NCBI RefSeq assembly: GCF_009914755.1
Contig: NC_060941.1
DNA length: 64,000 nt
DNA from: the human T2T-CHM13v2.0 reference genome, Homo sapiens
Direction: 5' to 3' (one strand)
Both the position numbers and the translations under genes were made by a program. The notes under the pieces were generated by a model, which searched no databases, had not been told where the DNA came from, and saw nothing but the letters and a program-made list of their open reading frames with translations. Below, in pieces: positions 1 through 8,184 of this stretch (position 1 is the first letter of the stretch; each line of letters starts with the position of its first letter).

Positions 1-203
1 TTTCCCCCGCCGCCGCTGCTTTTTGCGGCTTTTCACCCCCACCACCGCGGCTTTTTGCTGCCCGCCGCCGCCCCTTTTTGTCCCCGCCGCCGCGGCTTTC
101 TGCTCCCGCCGTCGCGGTTTTCTGCCCCTGCCGCCAAGGTTTTTTGCCCCCGCCGCCGCTGCTTTTTATGGCTTTTCACCCCCGCCGCCGGGGATTTTTG
201 CCC

Positions 204-235
<32 letters not shown>

Positions 236-1432
236 CCTTTTTGTTCCGGCCGCCGCGGCTATTTGCCCCCGTCGCCGCGGGTTTTTGCTCCTCCCATCTT
301 AGGTTTTGGCCGCCGTGGCTTTTTGACCCCGCCGCCGCGGCTTTTTGCCCCCCCGCCCCCACCGCGGGTTTTGGCCGCCGAGGCTTTTTGGCCCCCGGCC
401 GCCGCGGCCTTTTGCCGCCGGTTTTTCCCCCGCCGTCGCGGCTTTTTGCAGCTTTTTGCCCCCGCCGCCATGGGTTTTTGCCGACGCAGCTTTTGACACC
501 CCACCGCCAGGGCTTTTTGCGCCCACCGCCGCGTCTTTTTGCTCCCGCCAGCGCGGCATTTTGTCCCTGCCGCCGCAGCTTTTTGTCCCCGCCGCCACGG
601 CTTTTGCCTACGCGGCTTTTTCCCCCCGTCGCGGCTTTTTGTCCCCGCCGCCGCTGCTTTTGCGGCTTTTTGCCCCCGCCGCGGCGGCTTTTTGCTCCCC
701 CTGCCGCGGGTTTTGGCCGCCGGTGCTTTTTGCGCCTGCCGCCGCGGGTTTTGCCAAAGCGGCTTTTTGCTTCCCGCTGCCGCCCCTTTTTGTCCTCGTC
801 GCCGCGGCTTTTTGCGCCCCGCCGCCGAGGCTTTTTGCCACTGCGGCTTTTTGCCCCCGCCGCCGCTGCTTTTTGCGGCTTTTCGCCCCCTTGGCTTTTT
901 ACCCCCGCGGCCGCCGCGGCTTTTTGCGCCCCGGCGCCGCGGTTTTTGCTGCCCGCCGCCGCGGATTTTTGCGCCCGCCACCGCGGCTTTTTGCTCCCCG
1001 TCGCCGCGGCTTTCTGCCCACGCCGTCGCGGTTTTCTGCCCCTGCCGCCGAGGCTTTTTGTCCCCGCCGCCGCGGCTTTTTGCTCCCCGCCGCCGCGGTT
1101 TTCTGCCCCCGCCGCCGAGGCTTTTTGCCCCCGCCGCTGCTTTTTGCAGCTTTTCGCCCCCGCCGCCGCGGGTTTTTGCCCCCGCCGCCGTGGCTTTTGC
1201 CCCCGCCGCCGTGGCTTTTGCCCCTGATTCCGCGGTTTTTCCCCCTGCCGCTGCGGCTTTTTGTGGTTTTTTGCCCCCGCTCCCGCGGCTTTTTGCCAGT
1301 GCTGCCGCGCCTCTTTCCCCGCCACCGCTCCTTTCTGCCCCCGCAGCCGCGCCTTTTTCCCCCCAGCCGCCGCTTTTTGCCGCCGCAGCTTTTTATCCCC
1401 GCTGCCGAGGATTTTTACCCCCGCCGCCGCGG
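1..1432. repeat. GC-rich degenerate tandem repeat, ~20-24-bp unit (GCCGCGGCTTTTTGCCCCCGCC; minus strand GGGCAAAAAGCCG-type); runs off the window start
   Basis: Dozens of copies of gccgcggctttttgcccccgcc with T4-T6 runs and very high CpG density. Resembles the GGGCAAAAAGCCG/CAAAAAGCGGG GC-rich repeats reported at hominoid pericentromeric duplicon junctions (recalled, not searched). Confidence 0.9.
204..233 (+). repeat. Pure (CCG)10 trinucleotide tract inside the GC-rich repeat
   Basis: Ten uninterrupted CCG units read directly at 204-233. Confidence 0.9.
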
Positions 1433-1964
1433 CACTGAGGGCGGGAGCGGCAGACTCGGCCGCCAGCTCCACTGGCGTCCTGGCAAGGGCAGCGCCGAGG
1501 GGCGCTCCTGGTCCAGCTCTCCCAGCTCAGGAGTGTATGAATGCTTTGTGTTCTGACAAAGAGAATGTAGCACCCATGTCCTACCTGCTTGGTTGCATTG
1601 CCGGTGCCCACGGTAGTCCATTTTATCCAGGTTTTTAGGTTTTGTTGTGTTTCGTTTTGTTTTTTTCTTTTCAGGAGAGTTAGTCCAAGACCAATAACTC
1701 CATAACTGGTAGAATTGGAAGACTTTAATAGTGCTTAACGTTTTGTACATAGCTTTATAAGTTTTCTTTTTCTTTTTTTCTGATTCTTTTCAATATACCG
1801 CATCATGGTTGAACTCAAACTCATTGCTTATTTAAAATCTATAACTGCTGACGTTTTGTAACCTTCGCATTCCAGATAATTGGTTTTTTGTGTATTTTCT
1901 GTTTTTTTCTCCATCAGTCTACCTACATATTTGTTAGATTTAATATTTTAATATATTACTAGCA

Positions 1965-2932
1965 GTTACTCCCCATTTCCCCCTTTTCCCAGCCCCTGGC
2001 AACCATTAGTCTATTCTCTGTCTCTATAGACTAGCATATGCCAAATATCAAAAAAAAAAAAAATCATATGTGACCTTTTGTGTTTGGCTTCATTTATTTA
2101 CCATGTTGTCCTGATTCATCCATGTTGTATCTTGTGTCAGCACTTCATTGCTTTATATGCCTGAATCCCATTGCATGAGTATACTATGTTTTGTTTATCC
2201 ATTCATTAGTTGATGGATATTTGAGTTGTGTTCATTTTTTGACTATGATTAATAATGTACTGTGATGAGATTCATGTACTCGTTTTTGTGTGGACGTATT
2301 TTTACAATTTTCTTTATATATCTGGTAGTGGGCATATGGTAAATCTATGTTTAAATTTTTGAAAAACTCCAAAACTGTTTTCCAAAGTCTCTGTACCATT
2401 TTATATTATTACCAGCAGTGTATGGAGGTTCCATTTTTTCCTACCTCCTTGCCAACATCTGTTATTTTCTTTTTTAAAAAAATATAGCCATCCTTATAGA
2501 TGTGAAGTGGTATCTAGTTTTCACTTGCGTATCCTTAATGACTAATGATGTTGAGCATCTTTTCATGTGCTGATTGGCCATTTGTATATCTTTTTAGAGA
2601 AATGTTCATTTAGATTGTTTGCTCATTTAATTGGGTTGTCTTTTTGTTATTCTAAGAATTCTTTATATATTCTGGACATTAGTTCCTCATCAGATGTATG
2701 ACTTAATAGATATTTTCTCTCATTCTGTGGGTTCTTTTCACTTTCCTGATGGTATCCTCTGAAGTACAAAAGTTTTGAATTTTGTTAAAGTCCAGTTTGT
2801 TTTTTCCTTTTGTCACTCTTGCATTTAGTGTTGTATCTAAGACCCATTGCCTAATTCATGGTCACAGATTTATACCTATGTTTTCTTCTACAAATTTTAT
2901 AGTTTTACCCCTTATATTTGGGTCTTTGATCC
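1965..2932 (-). mobile_element. Old LINE-1 fragment (L1M, probably L1MB-like), 3' UTR plus end of ORF2, antisense
   Basis: Typical antisense L1 3' motifs: cccagcccctggcaacca, tttatccattcattagttgatgga, aaactgttttccaaagt, taatgatgttgagcatcttttcatgtgc, ttggccatttgtatatc. Degenerate, with no ORF. Confidence 0.85.
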
Positions 2933-3109
2933 TGATAGTGTTTTTTTTGGTGAACAGAATTTGTTTAGGCTTTATATGAAAACCCACTGGGGCTATTAAG
3001 GTAGTTTTACTATATTATCTTTAGAAGTTTTATGGTTTTGCTTCTCATCTTATTCTTAATCCACTGGAAACTACATGTTGTATAGTCAGTGTTCATTTAT
3101 ATTTACTCA

Positions 3110-3970
3110 CATTATTTGTCTTCTTAAGTACTCACCATTTCTTCTCGCAACTCAAGTCTTCCATCTAGGGGAACACCCTTCTACTGAAAAACATCTCTTA
3201 GAATTTCCTTTAGTGAAGGTCTCTTAGTTAGCAAATTTAGTATTAGTTTGGTTTTTATGACTTAAATATTGTCTTATATTTGGCCTGTTTATTACAAGAT
3301 ATATTAATTTCATATGTGATTATTTTTTCTTAGTACATTGTCTTCTTGCTTCCATTTTTAAGACATTAGCTCTTGGTCTAAATCCATATTCTTTCATGGA
3401 TAATGTGAATTTTTTCTCTGGTTGTTTTCAATATATTCTTTTCTTCAGGGTTCCGTTATTTTTATGATGATACATTTAAGTATTTTTTTCCTTTTAAATC
3501 TGTCCAACTTGAGTTTCCTGAATATGAAGGGTGGAATTTTTCATCACTTTGGGAAAATTCCAAGCCATTATCTTTTTTACAAAACCTTTCTAACAGTTTA
3601 TTGTTCTACTTATGAAATCCTGTTAGTTGTAACATCTTATCACTCTTGTCTTCCATGTCTCTTGTTTCTTTCTTATTTTTTACTTCTTTGGGCTTCATTC
3701 TGAGCAATTTCTTCAGCCTGTCTTCCAGTTTATATTTTCCTTTTCAATTATATGTAATCTGCTGTCAAATCTGTCTTCAATTTCAACAATTATGTTTTTA
3801 TTTCTGGAATTTCTGTTTGGATCCTTCTCAAATCTGCCTGGTCATTTTTTAAATTTTTTTTTTTTGCTTTCATTGAGTTGTATTAAAATTTTATTATATG
3901 CCCAACAATTCTAATTAAGTCTTTATTGGTTTGATTTTGCTGAGTCTCTTTTCTTTTGTCTTTATTTTCT
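3110..3970 (-). mobile_element. Very old L1M/HAL1-like fragment (ORF1-side), antisense
   Basis: T-rich degenerate motifs (ttagaatttcctttagtgaaggtctc, tttgggaaaattccaagccattatct, ttctctggttgttttcaatat) resembling ancient L1 5'/ORF1 sequence in reverse orientation. Confidence 0.55.
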
Positions 3971-4144
3971 TTACTTGTACAATGTTAATAATCTAGTAAT
4001 AACACCAACTAAATCACATGATTGTTTTAAGAATTGAGATAATGAATATATTGCATAATATCTGGTACATAGCAAATGTACATGCAATCCATTATAATAA
4101 TTAGAAATAATGAAATATAATGTATGATTATTAGGAAATGTACC

Positions 4145-4345
4145 AGAGCCACAAATTTTATTGAGCGATATAAAAGACAACTAGAGAAAACAAAGAAATG
4201 TGCCATAGCTGGATTGAAACAGTAATAATAATGTGTGTTCATCTTAGACTAAATCATGTCTCATACAATTTCAATAAAATTCCAATTAAATTTATTTTTA
4301 AAACGTGGCAAATACATTGTAAATTAAATGTAAAAGAACAAACAG
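4145..4345 (+). mobile_element. Old LINE-1 ORF2 fragment, sense
   Basis: The translation CHSWIETVIIM...YNFNKIPIK resembles L1 ORF2p PCSWIGRINIVKM...YRFNAIPIK. Confidence 0.65.
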
Positions 4346-4660
4346 GGCCAGGCTCAGTGGCTCAACCTGTAATCCCAGCATTTTGGGAGGCTGAGGCGGG
4401 CATATCATGAGATCAGGAGATCGAGACCATCCTGGCTAACACGGTGAAACCCCTTCTCTACTATAATACAAAAAATTAGCCGGGCGTGGTTGCAGGCGCC
4501 TGTAGTCCCAGCTACTCAGCAGTCTGAGGCAGGAGAATGGCGTGAACCCAGGAGGAGGAGCTTGTGGTGAGTGAAGATCATACCACTGCACTCCAGCTTG
4601 GGCGACAGAGAGAGATTCCATCTCAAAAATAAAATAAACTAAAATATAAAAAGAAAAAGA
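4346..4660 (+). mobile_element. Full-length Alu, AluY-like, with degenerate A-rich tail
   Basis: GGCCAGG start, dimeric structure with a central A-rich linker, and AluY-type diagnostics GAGACCATCCTGGCTAACACGGTGAAACCCC, GGAGAATGGCGTGAACCC and GGAGCTTG. Tail at 4625-4660. Confidence 0.95.
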
Positions 4661-4746
4661 ATTTGTGTCTTGTTTCCTCATTAATGTTGGTTGAAAGCAT
4701 GTTTGCACTTGTCTTTGACTTGTGTTTTATTAACATCGATTGGCAT

Positions 4747-4863
4747 ATTAAAAGTCCCTCTGAGCTTACCTTGTCTAAAAAAATGTAAGAAGAAGGACTA
4801 TGAGGCAGAGGGGCTGGTGTGAGCACATGCTGGGCAGGAGGAAAGAGGTAATGATCAGGACCA
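4747..4863 (+). repeat. Direct repeat copy 1 (117 bp)
   Basis: attaaaagtccctctgagctta...ggacca is near-identical to 5667-5796, apart from a 13-bp indel and a few substitutions. Confidence 0.9.
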
Positions 4864-5264
4864 GGGAAATCCCCAAACCCAGCAAGTCAGGGAGCCAAAT
4901 GAAAGCCTTTCATCCTGTATCGGCCACCTAACCCCATCGACACTCAAAGTGAGCATTCTCTCTTAGAGATACTCATTGTCCTGTTTTTTCTGTAACCTTG
5001 CAAAGGAATCTGATTTCTCCCATTAGCCTTTCACAGGACAAAAATTTCATATTAGAATGCTATTCTTTAGAAGGCATCTCAGATTAGGCTGCAAGGAGAT
5101 TGAGGAAGTTACTGTCAGTCACTTATACCCCACAGGGACATTAATTCACCAGAGCTTTGGTGGGGGAGTAGAGGAGCTCATTACAAGCAGGTCTGGATGC
5201 TGCACAGAGTGTAAAGGGGGCAGAAGGATCCAGGACACCTAGGCCTGGAGATAGTGCCAATGCT

Positions 5265-5420
5265 GGGAGGTACCATTATTATCCCCATTTTACAGAGGAG
5301 GAAACAGACACTGGCAGGTAATGTGATCAAGACCATGCTGTCCTGCAGTACAGGAGCCAGGATCTAAACCAAGGCAGCCTGCCTTGCCATCAGCGCTATC
5401 ACCCATAACCTCGTGCTGCC
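5265..5420 (-). mobile_element. MIR fragment, antisense
   Basis: attattatccccattttacagaggaggaaacaga matches the reverse complement of the MIR core. Confidence 0.8.
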
Positions 5421-5456
5421 TTTAAGCAGGATTGCCCTGTGGCCAGGGGCACAGCT

Positions 5457-5640
5457 TCTGGGTTCACATTCCAGCTTCTCTACAATTTCCAGCTGTGTGA
5501 CCTTGGGCAAGTTACTTGTCTGTGCTCAGCGTCCTCTGCACAGTGGGTATAGCAATACCTGCCTCATGGAGTCCTTTGAGTTAATCACTGTAACATGCTT
5601 AGAATGGTGCCATGCGCATCGTCACCATGCAGTACATATG
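5457..5640 (+). mobile_element. MIR fragment, sense
   Basis: ctgggttc...agctgtgtgaccttgggcaagttactt...tacctgcctcat...tgcttagaa follows MIR consensus order. Confidence 0.85.
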
Positions 5641-5666
5641 GGCCATCATGCCTGAATCCCGGATAG

Positions 5667-5796
5667 ATTAAAAGTCCCTCTGAGCTTAACTTCTCTAAAA
5701 AAATGTAAGAAAAAGGGCCTGTGGGAAGGACTATGAGGCAGAGGGGCTGGTGTGAGCACATGCTGGGCAGGATGAAAGAGGTAATGACCAGGACCA
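5667..5796 (+). repeat. Direct repeat copy 2 (130 bp)
   Basis: Matches 4747-4863 at an offset of 920 bp and carries an extra aaagggcctgtgg. Confidence 0.9.
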
Positions 5797-6348
5797 TTGA
5801 AGGGTCTAAAATGACCAGTATCCTTGAAGAGTCTAAAATCTAGGATCCTGAAATGCCTGGCAGTGGGATCCTGAAATCCTCTGGCAGCATTTTAACATAT
5901 TTTGGCTGCAGAATTGTACCCTGCTTCCCGGGGCTAGAAGGTGTGGGATCAGCTGCTTACTCAGTTCAGCCCCAAAGTAGGCAAAGAAGGTTTTGTCACA
6001 GGCTTGTCTAGGGCCCAGCCCCTGTAACCTCCCCTTGTCCCTCCCTTGCATGCTCCCTCACCCATATTCACACATGAACTCCAGGCATTCTGGGCCCCAA
6101 GGGAAGGAGAGAGGGTGGGGAGTGGGTTCACTGGTCTACCGAAGCATGCTGCCTTCAGCCCAGCTGAACTGCTGGGTCCAGGGAATGGGCCTGCAGCTGA
6201 AGGGGTCTTGCCCCCCCTTTAACTTTAAACTTTGATTTGCAGTGATCCAAGAGCTTCATCTCTTCCTGTGATCCTGTCTGGATGTTTATGCTGGATGGCA
6301 CGGGCCCCTTCTGGCAGGGGTGCACAGGCCAGGGCATGGCTGGCAGCC

Positions 6349-6533
6349 ATGGCAGGTAAGGAGACCTTGGCAGATGAGAAGACCTTCTGCTTCAGCTTCA
6401 ATGTATGGGTCTTCTCCTGGCTCTCAGTACATTCCTCCTGAGCCATGATGGGCCCCAGTTCAATGAAACCTTCTGCGGCAGCATCATGGTGTCCAGGGGT
6501 ATAATCTGGAGCAAGTGCCAGTGCTACCCCAAG
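6349..6533 (+). pseudogene. BSND: Unprocessed, truncated BSND (barttin, ClC-K accessory subunit) pseudogene, coding part of exon 1
   Basis: Translation M(AGKETL)[12 protein letters not shown]-[frameshift ~6406][42 protein letters not shown] aligns to the recalled barttin N-terminus [59 protein letters not shown]. Similarity stops at the exon 1 boundary (K59), followed by ATAGGT instead of a GT donor. No exon 2 is seen. Confidence 0.9.
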
Positions 6534-6666
6534 ATAGGTGGTTGTGGGGCTGAGTGAAGCCCAAAGGGCTGGATCTTGTACCTCTCTTCCACGTATCTGC
6601 TTCAACCTTCAATCATCTTGTTATTTTCATTTTGACTCCCGTTTTATTCTGTCTTCTCTTCTGAGC

Positions 6667-6790
6667 ACCCATCCATTCATTTATCCATTCATCCATCTAT
6701 TCAACCATCCATTCATCCCAGCATCAATCTATCAATCTATGCATCCATCCATTTATTTGTCCAACCACCCATCCATCTATCTGTCCATCA
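6667..6790. repeat. Degenerate (CCAT/TCAT)n tetranucleotide simple repeat
   Basis: catccattcatttatccattcatccatctat... read directly. Confidence 0.85.
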
Positions 6791-6890
6791 TTTAGCATAA
6801 GGATTGATCAGAAGCCTCCTGGTTCTGGAGCCATAGACCAGACACCATGGGGAGACATGATGAAAAACAACATATGATTTGTGTGCTTGA
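6790..6890 (-). mobile_element. Possible L2 3'-end fragment, antisense; the adjacent (CCAT)n may be its expanded tail
   Basis: Weak resemblance to the reverse of the L2 3' end immediately after a CATT-type repeat. Confidence 0.35.
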
Positions 6891-6899
6891 AACAAAAGC

Positions 6900-7077
6900 T
6901 AATGAGTGCTTACCACCTGCCTGGCAGTCCTGCATTCAGGGTGCAGTTCTCCCCTCATCCTGAGCTTTTTGGTACCTTCTGTAGTTTCATTTTGTACTAG
7001 AGAATGCTGAGCCTCATAAAGTGGGATCACACAGCTGTGTAGTGGAGTTTGGATTGGAGCTCAGATGTGTGTGACTT
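6900..7077 (-). mobile_element. Degenerate MIR, antisense
   Basis: aatgagtgcttac...tcatttt...gatcacacagctgtgtagtgg...gtgact in reverse-MIR order. Confidence 0.6.
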
Positions 7078-7214
7078 AGGCATCATCCTCTACCTTGAGT
7101 CCTCCACTCCAGGGTCCCAGAGCTGCTGAGCATTCTGGGGTTGGTCAGCTCTAACTTTGGTGGCATGCATTGAGCAACTCTCCATATTTTGGAGTCTTAA
7201 TGTATTCCTAGCCT

Positions 7215-7420
7215 TAGTGATGGCAAGGACCCTGCTTTGGGAGACCTGGGTTCTAGTTCCAGTCCTGTCCCAAACTTTCTGTGTGATCTTTGTCTTTCTG
7301 AGTCCAGTATTTGCATCTGCGTAATAGGACACAAGCACCAACTTTCACAGCCTCATAGGGCTATTACAGAGGTCAGAGAAGAGAAGAGATATACAAATAT
7401 TTGTAGACTGTAGAGTGTTT
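7215..7420 (+). mobile_element. Degenerate MIR (MIRc/MIR3-like), sense
   Basis: gagacctgggttctagttccag...ctgtgtgatctt...cctcataggg...tttgtagactgtagagtg. Confidence 0.65.
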
Positions 7421-7449
7421 TGTTTAGGTGAAGGGCTGTCAGGTCCTGA

Positions 7450-7545
7450 CAACCCTCTGGAATGAACATGTCAGAAGTTGTAAACCTTCAATGCCCAGAG
7501 AGGTGGAGTGACTCTTCCAAGGTCACATATCTAGTCAGAGACAGA
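7450..7545 (-). mobile_element. MIR fragment, antisense
   Basis: gcccagagaggtggagtgactcttccaaggtcaca...ctagt. Confidence 0.6.
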
Positions 7546-7574
7546 CCAAGGGGAAAAAAATGAGAGAAAAATGG

Positions 7575-7665
7575 AATCTAACTTGGGCTCTGTCTCTAAC
7601 TGCCTGGGAGACTGCTCAAGCCCCTTCACTCTCTAGGCCTCAGTTTCCTTGTTTTTACAATATGT
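7575..7665 (+). mobile_element. MIR fragment, sense
   Basis: cttcactctctaggcctcagtttcct matches the MIR core. Confidence 0.6.
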
Positions 7666-8184
7666 GAGACAGGATGAGGGGATGGATGGGGAGGATATCT
7701 GGAGGCCTTGCTAGAACTCACCTCTAAGGCCCAGGCTTGGGAATCCCCAGAACCCCCATATTGTCCTTTACACCTGGATGGCTGTGCTCAAGGGCTCAGG
7801 GAGGGGGGACTCTTGTGGACCTGGACTCCCTAGCCCTTCCCATTCTGTGGGCCCACCTTGTGATGTCAGCATGTTAGGTGCTGGAATGGTCTCAGCAGGT
7901 TTGCAGTCATTTCCGAAGAAGTTTATGGTAACCTCACCTCTGTCTGCACCATGTCCTGGGCAGAGGTCCCCGGGAGAAGTCCTGGAGGCCAGAGCTACCC
8001 ATGTCACCACCAGCCATGGCAGTCCTCTTCCCCATGAGGAGGCTGCACCCTGGGAGATGGCATCGGGTGGAACGGGACATCTGTCCTGACCTCCCAATTA
8101 GGCAGAGGTGGCTGTGGGACTGTGGGCAGGGATACTGGAGTGGCAGTGGGAAACGAAGTGGAGGAGGAAATATTGCTGGGTACT

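Larger units (their letters stand above)
1..1530. promoter_or_regulatory. CpG-island-like segment with a GC box (GGGCGG at 1439-1444)
   Basis: High GC with CpG retained through the repeat and the ~100-bp unique GC-rich tail, followed by a drop to AT-rich DNA by ~1640. Promoter activity is not shown. Confidence 0.4.

Noticed and set aside
23-1750. Long Pro/Arg/Ala/Lys-rich ORFs (up to 479 aa) in most frames
   Set aside because: The GC repeat nearly lacks stop codons, so overlapping frames on both strands are open. The products are low-complexity with no recognisable domain.
4747-5796. LTR element bounded by the direct repeats
   Set aside because: No TG...CA termini, primer-binding site or polypurine tract, and the interior is ordinary MIR-containing DNA.
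6349-6533. Functional BSND gene or processed pseudogene
   Set aside because: The frameshift, dead donor and missing downstream exons rule out a functional gene. Similarity ends at the exon boundary with no exon 2 joined and no poly(A), so it is not retroposed.
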